Assembly (NCBI GenBank): GCA_015233405.1
Contig: JADFXT010000001.1
Location: 18,238-82,237 of the forward strand
Direction: 5' to 3'
Length of the DNA stretch: 64,000 nucleotides
DNA from: Candidatus Omnitrophota bacterium
Lineage (GTDB): Bacteria > Omnitrophota > Gorgyraeia > Zapsychrales > Zapsychraceae
Shown: piece after piece, positions 9,362-20,029 of the stretch
Numbering within the stretch: position 1 is the first letter of the stretch
Layout of the letters: each line of letters begins with the position of its first letter
Program-made: the position numbers and the translations under genes
Notes under the pieces: generated by a model
Database searches by the model: none
Told to the model about the DNA's origin: nothing
Seen by the model: only the letters and a program-made list of their open reading frames with translations

Positions 9362-12190
9362 ATGGATTATCAAAAAACATTAAATCTGCCTCAAACCGAT
9401 TTTTCGATGAAGGCCGGGCTCGTCGTCAAAGAGCCGTCCTATCTGAAAAAATGGGAGGACGAGGGGCTTTATGCCAAGATCCGCGCGAAATCGCAGGGGA
9501 AAAAAACATTTTTCCTCCACGACGGGCCGCCGTACGCTAACGGCAATATTCACATCGGCCACGCGTTAAATAAAATATTAAAAGATATTATCGTCAAGTC
9601 CCGCACCATGCAGGGCTTTGACGCGCTTTATATTCCCGGCTGGGATTGCCATGGGCTTCCTATCGAGCATCAGCTGTTTAAGGAAATGGGCAAGGACAAA
9701 GCCGAAGTCGATTGCGCGCAATTCCGCAAACAAGCTCATGACTACGCGATGAAATATGTCGGGATTCAGCGTGAGCAGTTTAAACGCTTGGGCGTTTTTG
9801 GCGAATGGGATAAACCATATCTGACGCTCGACACGGAATATGAATATTGGATCCTAAAATCTTTAAGTGAGCTCACTCAAAAAGGGTATGTCTATCGGGG
9901 TGTAAAACCGGTCAATTGGTGTTTTGATTGTGAAACGGCCTTGGCTGAGGCGGAGGTGGAATATGAAGACCACACTTCTCCGTCGGTGTATGTCAAATTT
10001 GAAGTGAACAATTCTGCAATTTTAGGCCTGCCCAAAAATAAAAAAGTTTTTCTTTTGGTCTGGACGACGACGCCGTGGACGCTGTTGGCCAACGTCGCGG
10101 TCGCGGCACACCCGGATTTTCATTATGTGGCGGTCGAAAAAAATGACGAGATTTTTATCCTCGAGGAAAATATTGCAATTAAACTTTTGTCGCAGACGTA
10201 CGAAGAGCATCTTCATAGTCTTATCAGCCCCGTCACAGGCAGTTATTTAACGTCGTTACGTTATACGCACCCTTTTGGGAAATTAAAGGATTGTCCCGTC
10301 GTGACGGCGGATTATGTAACCAAAGACGAAGGAACGGGCTTGGTCCATACCGCACCCGGCCACGGCCAGGAAGATTATCAGACAGGTGTGCGTTGTAAAC
10401 TTCCTGTTTTGATGCCCGTCAATGACCGCGGCGTTTTTACCGTTGAAGGAGCGCCTTTTGAAGGCAAACATGTCCTTAAGGCTAACGCAGAAATAATTCA
10501 GAATTTGAAAGACCGCGGGCTTTTGTTTGATACCAAAGAAATTGTCCATTCCTATCCGCATTGCTGGCGCTGTAAGAAACCCGTCATTTTCCGCGCGACC
10601 CAGCAATGGTTCTTAAAGGTCGATCATAAAAATTTACGCGGGCGCCTCGTCGACATTGTGAAAAGCAGCATTCAGTGGATTCCCGCTGCCGGCCAGGAAC
10701 GCATGCTGGGGATGATCAAAACCCGGCCGGATTGGTGCTTGTCCCGTCAACGATATTGGGGCGTGCCGATTCCTGCGCTTGAATGCAAAGGCTGCAATAA
10801 TAATCATAAACTTTTTATCGAAGTGATCGACCATTTTGCGGAAACCGTCCGTAAAAATGGGACCAATGTTTGGTTTGAGAAAGACCTTAAAGATCTTCTG
10901 CCGAAAGGGTTTAAGTGTCCTGACTGCGGTGGAAACCAATTTGAAAAGACCAAAGATATTCTCGACGTGTGGTTCGATTCCGGTGTGAGCCATCAGGCGG
11001 TTGTTAAAGGCCGGCTTAAGATGTCTCTGCCGGTCGACCTTTATCTGGAAGGCTCCGACCAGCATCGCGGCTGGTTCCAATCTTCGTTGATCCCCGGCGT
11101 TTGCATCGAAAATAAGGCGCCGTTTAAAGCGGTCTTAACGCACGGGTTTGTCGTGGACGGACAGGGACGTAAAATGTCGAAATCGTTGGGTAATGTCATT
11201 TCGCCTTTGGATATTATGAAAAATAGCGGCGCGGACATTCTGCGTTTGTGGGTCGCGTCCAGCTCCTATCATGATGACATCCGGATGTCTCCTGAAAATC
11301 TGGAACGTTTAAGCGATGCCTACCGCAAAATTCGTAATACGTTTCGGTTTATTTTAGGGAATTTAAACGGATTTAATCCTGATACGGATGTGGTTGATTA
11401 TCAAGACCTTTTGGCCCTGGACAAATGGGCGCTATGCCGTTTGTCGACGGTCATGAGCGAAATTTATAAGGACTATGCCGAGTATGAGTTCGCGAAACTC
11501 TATAAGGAGCTCTATACTTTTTGTAACGAAGACCTCTCCAGTTTTTATCTTGACATTTTAAAAGACAGGTTATATACTTCATCACCAATTTCCAGAGAGC
11601 GGAAATCTGCGCAAACAGTTCTTTTTCATATCCTCAATTATTTGGTCAGAGTTTTAGCGCCTTTGGTCACGTTCACGGCTGAAGAGCTTTTCTTTAATAT
11701 GCCGAAGAACAAAGAGTTGGCGCAGTGTTCCAGTGTTCATCTGCTGGAATGGCTTAAAGTTCCGGATGCCTGGAAAGAGGAAGCGGTCCTCGCGCAATTT
11801 GAACGGTTGGTTCATTTAAGGCCGCACATCTTAAAAGCGTTGGAAGATAAAAGACGCGATGGACAGATCGGCAGTTCTCTGGAGGCGAAAGTCATTCTGG
11901 AAAGTGCAAGTCAAAAAGATTTGGAGTATTTAAAAGGATTTGAACGCGCGCTAGCGTCAATATTTATTGTTTCTCAAGTCGAGCTTAAAAGCGTTGCTGA
12001 AGTTACCCAAGGGTTAAGCGAGGAATTTGCGAAAACCCAGGTGAAAATAGAGAAAGCTGACGGACAAAAGTGCCCGCGCTGTTGGAATTATAAAACAGAT
12101 ATCGGGCAGGATTTAGAACATCAAACCCTATGTGCCCGTTGTGTGGCCGCCGTAAAGGAGAGTTTTAATGCCTCAAAAGACAATGGATAA
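9362..12190 (+). CDS. ileS: Isoleucine--tRNA ligase
   Basis: HIGH ([12 protein letters not shown]) and KMSKS (KMSKSLGN) motifs; C-terminal Zn finger CPRCW..CARC; 942 aa. Confidence 0.95.
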   Translation: MDYQKTLNLPQTDFSMKAGLVVKEPSYLKKWEDEGLYAKIRAKSQGKKTFFLHDGPPYANGNIHIGHALNKILKDIIVKSRTMQGFDALYIPGWDCHGLPIEHQLFKEMGKDKAEVDCAQFRKQAHDYAMKYVGIQREQFKRLGVFGEWDKPYLTLDTEYEYWILKSLSELTQKGYVYRGVKPVNWCFDCETALAEAEVEYEDHTSPSVYVKFEVNNSAILGLPKNKKVFLLVWTTTPWTLLANVAVAAHPDFHYVAVEKNDEIFILEENIAIKLLSQTYEEHLHSLISPVTGSYLTSLRYTHPFGKLKDCPVVTADYVTKDEGTGLVHTAPGHGQEDYQTGVRCKLPVLMPVNDRGVFTVEGAPFEGKHVLKANAEIIQNLKDRGLLFDTKEIVHSYPHCWRCKKPVIFRATQQWFLKVDHKNLRGRLVDIVKSSIQWIPAAGQERMLGMIKTRPDWCLSRQRYWGVPIPALECKGCNNNHKLFIEVIDHFAETVRKNGTNVWFEKDLKDLLPKGFKCPDCGGNQFEKTKDILDVWFDSGVSHQAVVKGRLKMSLPVDLYLEGSDQHRGWFQSSLIPGVCIENKAPFKAVLTHGFVVDGQGRKMSKSLGNVISPLDIMKNSGADILRLWVASSSYHDDIRMSPENLERLSDAYRKIRNTFRFILGNLNGFNPDTDVVDYQDLLALDKWALCRLSTVMSEIYKDYAEYEFAKLYKELYTFCNEDLSSFYLDILKDRLYTSSPISRERKSAQTVLFHILNYLVRVLAPLVTFTAEELFFNMPKNKELAQCSSVHLLEWLKVPDAWKEEAVLAQFERLVHLRPHILKALEDKRRDGQIGSSLEAKVILESASQKDLEYLKGFERALASIFIVSQVELKSVAEVTQGLSEEFAKTQVKIEKADGQKCPRCWNYKTDIGQDLEHQTLCARCVAAVKESFNASKDNG

Positions 12191-12554
12191 GAAAAAATTA
12201 GAACATTATAAGAAACTTCTTTTGAAACTCAAAGAAAGTCTTATGCATGATGTTAAGAACATGGCTCATAATACAGATAATCAGGGAAATGAGTCTAGCG
12301 ATGTCTCCGGCCATGTAATGCATATGGCGGATGTGGCGACGGACATGTATGACAAGGAATTTAATTTAGGATTAGCTTCTCACGACAGGCAGCTTTTGCA
12401 AAAGATTGACGATGCGCTCTTGCGTATCGAAAGAGGCACGTATGGTTTTTGCTTAGGCAGCGGCAAACCCATTTCTCAAGCCCGTCTTGAAGCGATTCCT
12501 TATGTAGAATATTGCTTAGAATACCAGGAAGAACTTGAAAGAAAAAAGAAATAA
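12168..12554 (+). CDS. DksA/TraR-family C4 zinc-finger protein
   Basis: C-terminal C-x2-C...C-x2-C-like [21 protein letters not shown]; position between ileS and lspA. Confidence 0.6.
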   Translation: MPQKTMDKKKLEHYKKLLLKLKESLMHDVKNMAHNTDNQGNESSDVSGHVMHMADVATDMYDKEFNLGLASHDRQLLQKIDDALLRIERGTYGFCLGSGKPISQARLEAIPYVEYCLEYQEELERKKK

Positions 12555-13030
12555 TGAGGGATCTCAAGCGATCTCAATTTGATATTGTTTTAGCTTTTCT
12601 TGTCACAGGCACAGTCGTTTTTCTGGATCAACTCACAAAAAGCCTGTTTTCCAAAATCCTTATCTTAGGGGAATCCCTTCCCGTTATTCAAAACATTTTT
12701 CATGTCACGCTCGTTCATAATACAGGCATTGCCTTTGGTTTTTTAAAAGAGCAGGGTTCTGTTTTTATTGTGATCCCAGCCATCGCCATTATCCTTTTGG
12801 TTTTTAATATTTTCTATTATAAACAAAATGATGAGGCTCTGAGTCGTCCTTATATTATCGGGTTTTCTCTGATCCTGGGTGGTGCGATCGGAAATTTGAT
12901 CGACCGTATCAGCGTCGGATATGTGATTGATTTTATTGATTTTCGCTTCTGGCCGGTGTTTAATGTCGCCGACAGCGCGATCACCATAGGGGCAGTTCTT
13001 ATCGCGGTGAAGTGCTTTAAAACTAAATAA
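12554..13030 (+). CDS. lspA: Lipoprotein signal peptidase (signal peptidase II)
   Basis: FNVADSAI motif, four TM segments, 158 aa, classic ileS-lspA linkage. Confidence 0.9.
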   Translation: MRDLKRSQFDIVLAFLVTGTVVFLDQLTKSLFSKILILGESLPVIQNIFHVTLVHNTGIAFGFLKEQGSVFIVIPAIAIILLVFNIFYYKQNDEALSRPYIIGFSLILGGAIGNLIDRISVGYVIDFIDFRFWPVFNVADSAITIGAVLIAVKCFKTK

Positions 13031-13050
13031 CAGAGTAACACTTCATTATT

Positions 13051-13161
13051 GTCATCCCCGAAATTTTTTGTCGGGGATCCACGATTTTAAAAAGCTGGAT
13101 TCCCGCTTTGGTTCGCCCTTCGCTTACCATCCCGCTTTTGGGCGGGATCGCCGGGAATGAC
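13051..13161 (+). repeat. MITE/REP-like repeat, copy D (extended second hairpin)
   Basis: GTCATCCCCGAAATTTTTTGTCGGGGATCC ... GGATTCCCGC...GGGCGGGATCGCCGGGAATGAC. Confidence 0.8.
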
Positions 13162-13186
13162 AGCAAAAAAGGCGAAAGATTAAACG

Positions 13187-13924
13187 ATGTTTCCCACTAT
13201 TTGTAAAATCGGACCTTTAACTATTTATTCTTACGGACTGATGATCGCCGTAGCGGCCATTGTCTGCACGTGGCTTTTAAGCCGTGATGCGCGGCATCTC
13301 GGCATCTCATCGGACACCATTTCGGATTTGATGTTCTGGATCGTCGTCTTTGGCCTCATCGGGGCGCGGATGCTTTATGTTTTGCTTAATTTGGATTATT
13401 TTATGCCGAACCCGCTAGAGATGGTGATGATCCAAAATGGCGGACTTGCGTGGCAGGGCGGACTTATCATCGGAACAATCGCCGGGCTTTTATTCGTTAA
13501 GAAAAGAAAATTGAATTTGAAGACCATGCTTGATTTATGCGCGCCGTATGTGGCCTTAGGGGAATCCATTGGCCGTGTCGGCTGCCTTTTAAACGGTTGC
13601 TGTTATGGTAAAGAAGTCGGCTGGGGATTGTATTTTCCCATTCATCATGCCAGGCTTCATCCGACGCAGATTTACACGTCTTTAGGGTTATTGAGTATCT
13701 TTGTGATTCTTCGATGGTACCAAAAACAGTCTGAAAGCTCGACCACCGGCAGCGTTTTTGTTTTGTATCTTGTCCTGGCTTCAGCCTTACGTTATTTTGT
13801 CGAATTCTTCCGCGCCGACCATGTTGAGATCCTTTGGGGATTAAGTATCTTTCAACTTGTTTGTCTGCTTTTGCTCTTGACGGCGTGTTACATCTTACTG
13901 CGGTTCGTCAAACCGAAGAAATAG
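13187..13924 (+). CDS. lgt: Phosphatidylglycerol--prolipoprotein diacylglyceryl transferase
   Basis: GGLAWQGG and GRVGCLLNGCCYG signature motifs. Confidence 0.9.
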   Translation: MFPTICKIGPLTIYSYGLMIAVAAIVCTWLLSRDARHLGISSDTISDLMFWIVVFGLIGARMLYVLLNLDYFMPNPLEMVMIQNGGLAWQGGLIIGTIAGLLFVKKRKLNLKTMLDLCAPYVALGESIGRVGCLLNGCCYGKEVGWGLYFPIHHARLHPTQIYTSLGLLSIFVILRWYQKQSESSTTGSVFVLYLVLASALRYFVEFFRADHVEILWGLSIFQLVCLLLLLTACYILLRFVKPKK

Positions 13925-13954
13925 AGCAACCAACTCTACTGGGGAGAGATTTCT

Positions 13955-14857
13955 GTGGCTCTTTATTCTTTTAAAATTAGTTCAGAAAATCAACACCAGC
14001 GACTTGACGTTTTCCTGACCCAGCATTTAACCGACATTCCTTCGCGCGCATTTGTCCAGAAGCTCATTGAGCATGGCCATGTCCGCGTCAACGAAACAAA
14101 AGTCAAGTCACATTACAAACTTCAAATAGGGGAAGACGTCCTCGTCGAAATCCCTCAGGATTTTATCACGCCGCAATATATCGCGCCGGAAGATATTGCG
14201 TTGGATATTTTTTATGAAGACGAATTTCTGTTGGTCATCAACAAGCCCATTGGCATGACGGTTCATCCGGCCCAGGGCTGTTATACGGGAACATTGGTCA
14301 ACGCGCTACTTCATTATTCCAATCAACTTTCGGACGTGAATGATAAAATGCGCCCCGGCATTGTGCATCGGTTAGACAAGGAAACCTCCGGTCTAATGCT
14401 CGTCGCGAAAGATAATATTACGCACACCAAGCTCGCCAAGCAATTCGCACGTCATGAAGTCAAGAAGCGTTACGTTGCTTTAGTCGAGGGGGAAATGCCT
14501 TTTGACGAGGGGAAAGTGGATGTTCCTATCGGCAAGCATCCGTTTCATCACGAGAAGAAAGCTGTATCATTCGCAGATTCTTCCAAAGAAGCCGTGACAT
14601 TTTATCACGTCCTTAAGCGTTTTAACGGCAAGACCTTGGTCGCTTTATATCCTAAGACCGGTCGCACGCATCAATTGCGTGTCCATATGAAACATCTCGG
14701 CCATCCTATTCTCGGCGATGACAAGTATGGAAATAAAAGTTCGTTCCCGCGCTTGGCCCTTCACGCCCAGTCCATCAGTTTTATCCATCCTCAAACGAAA
14801 AAGTATATCGAATTCAGTTTGATGATCCCTCCAGAATTTTCTGATAGTTCTAAATAA
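13955..14857 (+). CDS. rluD: RluA-family 23S rRNA pseudouridine synthase (RluD-like)
   Basis: N-terminal S4 domain; catalytic HRLDKETSGLMLVAK. Confidence 0.85.
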   Translation: MALYSFKISSENQHQRLDVFLTQHLTDIPSRAFVQKLIEHGHVRVNETKVKSHYKLQIGEDVLVEIPQDFITPQYIAPEDIALDIFYEDEFLLVINKPIGMTVHPAQGCYTGTLVNALLHYSNQLSDVNDKMRPGIVHRLDKETSGLMLVAKDNITHTKLAKQFARHEVKKRYVALVEGEMPFDEGKVDVPIGKHPFHHEKKAVSFADSSKEAVTFYHVLKRFNGKTLVALYPKTGRTHQLRVHMKHLGHPILGDDKYGNKSSFPRLALHAQSISFIHPQTKKYIEFSLMIPPEFSDSSK

Positions 14858-14974
14858 TCCCACGCCAGAATATTTTAAAGAAAGCGGTTTCTCCTTAGAT
14901 GCTACCTGGCCTACTCTTTTCTATATAATGTTTTATACTTATATTAGAGTTATAAAAAGAGGGGGAGAACAAAA

Positions 14975-17900
14975 GTGTTGCAATTGTATAGAAATAAAAG
15001 AGTTATAAGATATCAAAAACCTTTCATTTGGGGATTGATTTTCTTTTTTTCGCTTTCCAATATTCCTTTTCCTCAAAAATCTTTCGCTCAAAATATTCCA
15101 GCGGCAGTTAATGTTTTGCCTGCAGCCGCGCAAGCGTTCCAGCCGGTTTTAATCAAGGGAATCAAAGCTTATAAAAATAATCCGCTAAAGTTCGATTTCA
15201 TTTTAGACAAAGGCGAAGCCTTGGGACAAAATGACCCCGCTCGTCCGACGGGAGAGCAAGGGTTACAATTAAAACAAGAAGCCAGCCGACTGATCAAATA
15301 TTTTTTGGCATCTTTGACCGTACCCGAGGAGGATTTGTGGGTGAACTTAAATCCTAAAGAACCGAATAGAATTGTTCCCGGAAAATTTGGCGAGACACAA
15401 ATGGGCCGTGATCTATTGGCGCAGGATTATTTGCTTAAGCAGATTACAAGCGCTTTAATGAATCCGGACGGCGAAACAGGGAAGAAGTTTTGGGAAAGAA
15501 TCTACAGGGAGGTTTATGCAAAGTACGGCTCGACGGACATCCCCGTCGATACGCTCAACAAGGTTTGGATCGTACCAGCAAAGGCCGTTGTGTATGAGAA
15601 TCCGGCGAAAGATGCGGCACAAGCGTCAGCCTTCGTCGTAGAGGCGCGGCTTAAGGTGATGCTGGAGGAAGAATACGAAGCGCTCAAACCGAGCGCGGAG
15701 TCCCGAGCTTCTGCCCCGTTGTCATCCCCGCAATCTTTAAGCGGGGATCCAGGGGTACATAACAAAGCAACTGCTATGGATTCCCGCCTTCGCGGGAATG
15801 ACAAAAAAGGAGATGGGAATGACATGAAGAATGGGCGTGACATGAAGAATGGGAGTGATATAAGTTCTTCAATCATTAAAGAAATCATCATCCCCGAGAT
15901 AGAGAAGGAAGTCAATACCAGCAAAAGTTTTTCGCCGCTGCGCCAGGTTTACAACAGTCTTATCCTTGCCACATGGTATAAGCGGAAACTCAAAGAGAGT
16001 ATTCTGGGGAAGGTTTATTTAAACAAGAACAAAACCATGGGCGTTGATATCGTCGACAAACAAGAAAAACTAAAGATCTATGAGAATTATTTGGCAGCGT
16101 TTAAGAAAGGCACGTGCAATCTCATCAAGGAAGAATATGACCCGGCGACAAAAGAGATTATTCCAAGAAAATATTTCACCGGCGGTGCGCGGATGGCTGT
16201 GGACAAGGCTATGGTGGTAACAAACAAACTGCCTAAGGGATTCATGAAAGCCTTGGGTGTATTATTTCTTTGTTCAAGTGGATTATTTGTTGAGGAAACT
16301 TTTGCGCAAGCGCCGGTAGATTCCCAGCAGGTATCCTTGGCCTCGCAAAAAGAGCATTGGATGAGCCTCGCGAAGACAAATTATGCCGAGGTTTTTCAGC
16401 ATTCTGGGGAATTTATTAATGAACCTTGGGCCATGGACGTTCTTAAGGCCGCAATTTTAGCCACGCCGAACGGCCCATTTTATACGGGTTCCACAGCTGC
16501 TATGGAAAACTTCGATTATTATTTAAAATATGAAAAAGGATGGGAATTCTTTAGATGGATGATGCAAAGATATCCTGAATACGGTTATAGTTATATGGGT
16601 CTGTTTAGAGATAAACCTTATGCTTTAAGAGTGTATGAGCTATTGGCAGAATTGGATCCCGTGGGTATGGTTGATAGGTTGACTTTAAGTGAATATTATG
16701 GCAGGCCTGTTGAAATTGAATCCCCTTACGAAATACCGGAAAACGTTTTGAAACAGATTTTAGCTGGAAGCTCTTCAGATCGGGTCAAGTTGGTCCTTGC
16801 GATCCTACGGCTTTCTATACCACGCGACGAAAAAAAATGGTTGGCACGATTGGCGCCGGATATTTCCAGTGGGAAGTTGACCTTAGAAGAGGCCCAAATC
16901 ATAGTCAAGGATGCGAAAAAATATTTTGAGCGGGCCGTTTCAGTTTATCAATCTCAACCGCCGGAAATAAAAGCGGCCACCTCATGGAGTTTTTTCTATG
17001 AGATAAAGGATTTTTATCTTGGAGAACATTTATCTCCTCTTTATAAGTCTGACAAGAAAAAATTTATGGAAGAAATTCAGGGTCTTGATGCGTACCGGAT
17101 TTATCTTATTTTGGAAAGCTTCAGAGGTAAAGCTTCTTCTAAATTGGAGTCTTTTGATGCGATATTCCCCGTCTTTCTGCAAAAAGTTAAGGCGGAAAAA
17201 TTCAGTATTTCTCAAGCCTCAAGCAGTGCGTATTCTTTGATGGAATTCTTTTCTGATATCAATAGGAACCATCAGGGAAGGAATTTGATGGAGAGTCTTT
17301 CTAAAGAAGAACGGTTGGCCGTTATTCAAAAGATGTCCGAAGCGTTGAATTCCAGGGAGCTTTTCTTTTATTCAATTGATAGAATGAAATACACAATAAC
17401 CATCATGAGTTTTATAGATGATAATTTAGACCTTTTTGACAAGAACGCTCAGGATTATTTAAAACAGGTCAGGGCCAAGCTTCATATTGTTATGGTCGAC
17501 TTGATCAAGAAAGACATCGATGCGCTTGCGGTAGTTGATCAAATAAGGGATCCCGAGTTGATTAATTTGGTCAGAGACATGGCTTTCCAGAAGGTGAAGG
17601 AGCCCCGTTTTAACTCGTCGTTTTTGCTAACCTTTGACCACTATATCAGTCAACCCTGGGGGCAACAGATTCTATTAGAAATCTTGACGAGCGATCCAGC
17701 GAGAGCTCTTAACAATATGGACTTATTAAAGAAAAAATACCCTATTGATTACAATAACCCGCTCATAATGACTTTTAATCAAATCGCGAGTTTGAAAATA
17801 AAACAGTCTGAAAAAGAAAGATTGGCATTGCTTCTTGATGAGCTGGTTAATAAGCGCTTGTCATTAGAAGAAGCGCAGGAATTAATCAAAGATGATTTCT

Positions 17901-19825
17901 TATTGATGCGCCATTTAATCGGAATTTTATCCCGTGATTCTTTAATCGGGCGTGAAGCCATAAAAAGCTTTCTTTCTGATTTTTATCTTAAGTTTGTCCG
18001 GGAAATCAACAAATTACATGAACAGCCGGATTCCGTGCGTTTTAAATCCGTGGAAAAAGCCACGCCGGAGGATTTGTATAAGATCATCGTCTTTGGCGAG
18101 GATGAAGTTTACACGTCGACGTTTAACGGGCTTTTTACCCGGATGATAGAACGTATGAAAGCCCAGGGCATTTCCGGCGAGTCCGGCGAGGAGCTTTTAA
18201 ATTCTGCTGGCCGTTATAAAGTCCGGCCTTTCTTTAGATTGATGGCGAGTTTTAATCGGCTCAATGAATTTCTGGCGACCATGAGCCCTAAGGAGCAGGA
18301 CAATCTTATCGCATATGTTGTGCAGAGTATTGAGAAAGAAAAATATTTCTTAAAAGAAGCTGCTGTTGTGGCGGATATTTTTAGTGTGGTCAAAGACCCG
18401 AAGGTCCTTAAAAAAATTCAGATATTGATCAAGCAGGAATTCCTGCGCGTTCAAAAAGACAAGAATGAGCAAGGCATGGTTCTCTACGGATTGTTAAACG
18501 GCTTGTTTGGTGCTCGGGCTGTTATTGATGGACAATGGTTTAAAGATATGGCGAATCAATTTGGGCTTCCGGATATTTCTGTCTTGTCCCAAAAAACACT
18601 TTTTAATCAGCGGTATCAGAATATTCAACGGCATTTCTTTTATGATGATGAGGACGGTAAGTTATCTTTTGCGGATTTTCTGCAGACTTATCAGAACGAT
18701 TCCAGGAATTGGGAAATCAAAACCTTTCCGACCTATGTCCAGGTTACGTCCAAACACGGGTTTCCGATCGTTATGTATGCCAACCTTCCTGACAGCGTCG
18801 AGAATGGAAATGCCGCTATTGAGGGTGAGTTGTTAATGAAAGGAAACAAACCCCAGGTGATCGTTCATCATGGGCATAGTTATCACGTCGATAAAACCAT
18901 AGAGAAGATCGATTCCGCGGTGACGTTCGTTTATCTGGGCAGTTGTGGTGGATTCGGCCATGTGAGTGAGATTCTTAATTTGTCTCCCAATGCACAAATT
19001 TTTTCCACGAAAGGGACGGGAACGGCCGTTGTCAACGGGCCTTTATTTAAAATAATTAATGACGAGATCCGGCAAAAAGGGATGGTAGATTGGCGAAGTT
19101 TGTGGGTCAAGGCTGAACACAAATTGGGTAATGTTTCGGAATTGCGCAACTACATGTCGCCGGACCGGAACTTAAGCGTCCTATTTTTAAAAGCCTACAA
19201 CAAGAAATTGGAAGAGTTGAAGAATAAATCTTCCATGCCAGCGGATACGCTGCAGCATTCGTCTGTGAACAATCCGGATAGACAGTGGTTTGAAAGAATA
19301 CAACAAAGACGTAATGAATTGAACGCGTCTCTGCAAAATGTTTTGGCAACTAATGGTGATGTCCTGGTCGGACAAGCACGGGAACGTATTTTAAGCAAAG
19401 AGGACGCTCAGCGCCTTAAGAAGGCCCAGCGTCAAGTGGATTACATTCTGGCGGAGCAAGTTGAGCTTAACAGGCTTTTGACTGAGGCACGAAATAATAT
19501 CATTCAACAAAGACAAGCGCCACAGCAGGAAGAAAATCAATTTATGTATGCTTTGGCCCGTCGGGTTTCTCAAGAAGCCGGGAATAATGTTTTTGCTTTA
19601 GAGCACACAGATGCCGCTATGATTACACAAAAAACTCCGGGTGGGATTGATCTTAATCCGCAAAAGATGAATCTTGATATTCAAGGCAAAGGCGAGGATT
19701 TTACAATCCCAGACGGATTTGAGTATCTTTTAAAGGAAGATATCGCAGGTTTTAGCCCTGTCATTTTTGATATTACTCCGATATCTCCTGATAAAATCAC
19801 AGGAATTTTACAGAATTTTCACTAA
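14975..19825 (+). CDS. Large secreted protein, paralog 2 (signal peptide; shared N-domain; in-frame MITE insertion; internal signal-peptide-like segment; C-terminal GGIDxNP domain)
   Basis: RBS AGAGGGGGAG; N-terminal ~400 aa collinear with 2986-6684; C-term PGGIDLNPQKMNLDIQGKGEDF. Confidence 0.7.
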   Translation: MLQLYRNKRVIRYQKPFIWGLIFFFSLSNIPFPQKSFAQNIPAAVNVLPAAAQAFQPVLIKGIKAYKNNPLKFDFILDKGEALGQNDPARPTGEQGLQLKQEASRLIKYFLASLTVPEEDLWVNLNPKEPNRIVPGKFGETQMGRDLLAQDYLLKQITSALMNPDGETGKKFWERIYREVYAKYGSTDIPVDTLNKVWIVPAKAVVYENPAKDAAQASAFVVEARLKVMLEEEYEALKPSAESRASAPLSSPQSLSGDPGVHNKATAMDSRLRGNDKKGDGNDMKNGRDMKNGSDISSSIIKEIIIPEIEKEVNTSKSFSPLRQVYNSLILATWYKRKLKESILGKVYLNKNKTMGVDIVDKQEKLKIYENYLAAFKKGTCNLIKEEYDPATKEIIPRKYFTGGARMAVDKAMVVTNKLPKGFMKALGVLFLCSSGLFVEETFAQAPVDSQQVSLASQKEHWMSLAKTNYAEVFQHSGEFINEPWAMDVLKAAILATPNGPFYTGSTAAMENFDYYLKYEKGWEFFRWMMQRYPEYGYSYMGLFRDKPYALRVYELLAELDPVGMVDRLTLSEYYGRPVEIESPYEIPENVLKQILAGSSSDRVKLVLAILRLSIPRDEKKWLARLAPDISSGKLTLEEAQIIVKDAKKYFERAVSVYQSQPPEIKAATSWSFFYEIKDFYLGEHLSPLYKSDKKKFMEEIQGLDAYRIYLILESFRGKASSKLESFDAIFPVFLQKVKAEKFSISQASSSAYSLMEFFSDINRNHQGRNLMESLSKEERLAVIQKMSEALNSRELFFYSIDRMKYTITIMSFIDDNLDLFDKNAQDYLKQVRAKLHIVMVDLIKKDIDALAVVDQIRDPELINLVRDMAFQKVKEPRFNSSFLLTFDHYISQPWGQQILLEILTSDPARALNNMDLLKKKYPIDYNNPLIMTFNQIASLKIKQSEKERLALLLDELVNKRLSLEEAQELIKDDFLLMRHLIGILSRDSLIGREAIKSFLSDFYLKFVREINKLHEQPDSVRFKSVEKATPEDLYKIIVFGEDEVYTSTFNGLFTRMIERMKAQGISGESGEELLNSAGRYKVRPFFRLMASFNRLNEFLATMSPKEQDNLIAYVVQSIEKEKYFLKEAAVVADIFSVVKDPKVLKKIQILIKQEFLRVQKDKNEQGMVLYGLLNGLFGARAVIDGQWFKDMANQFGLPDISVLSQKTLFNQRYQNIQRHFFYDDEDGKLSFADFLQTYQNDSRNWEIKTFPTYVQVTSKHGFPIVMYANLPDSVENGNAAIEGELLMKGNKPQVIVHHGHSYHVDKTIEKIDSAVTFVYLGSCGGFGHVSEILNLSPNAQIFSTKGTGTAVVNGPLFKIINDEIRQKGMVDWRSLWVKAEHKLGNVSELRNYMSPDRNLSVLFLKAYNKKLEELKNKSSMPADTLQHSSVNNPDRQWFERIQQRRNELNASLQNVLATNGDVLVGQARERILSKEDAQRLKKAQRQVDYILAEQVELNRLLTEARNNIIQQRQAPQQEENQFMYALARRVSQEAGNNVFALEHTDAAMITQKTPGGIDLNPQKMNLDIQGKGEDFTIPDGFEYLLKEDIAGFSPVIFDITPISPDKITGILQNFH
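15721..15868 (+). repeat. MITE copy E inserted in frame in CDS, plus 18-bp tandem repeats derived from its 3' end
   Basis: GTCATCCCCGCAATCTTTAAGCGGGGATCC...GGATTCCCGCCTTCGCGGGAATGAC, then GGGAATGACATGAAGAAT / GGGCGTGACATGAAGAAT / GGGAGTGATATAAGT (translated GNDMKN-GRDMKN-GSDIS). Confidence 0.8.
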
Positions 19826-19858
19826 AAATTCATTCTCATCCTCAGCTCGGAATTCGAT

Positions 19859-19887
19859 TTGACTTTCCCTTAAAAACATGTTAAATT
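19859..19887 (+). promoter_or_regulatory. Candidate sigma70 promoter for the pilB1 cluster
   Basis: TTGACT-N17-TAAATT. Confidence 0.4.
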
Positions 19888-20029
19888 TTCTTACTTGTTA
19901 AACTCACCTATTGCATATCAGCTAAAGTTGAAATTCTGTTAGGTAGAAAAAAGTCAGAAAAAAGTGGAATCTGCCAATAGCTGATTCCTAAAGTTCTTTT
20001 AATATAAATAAAAATATGAGGGGTTCTGC

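Noticed and set aside
12168-12554. DksA/TraR-like gene between ileS and lspA as something unusual
   Set aside because: A small C4 zinc-finger DksA/TraR-family gene at this position is common in diverse bacteria. Not novel.
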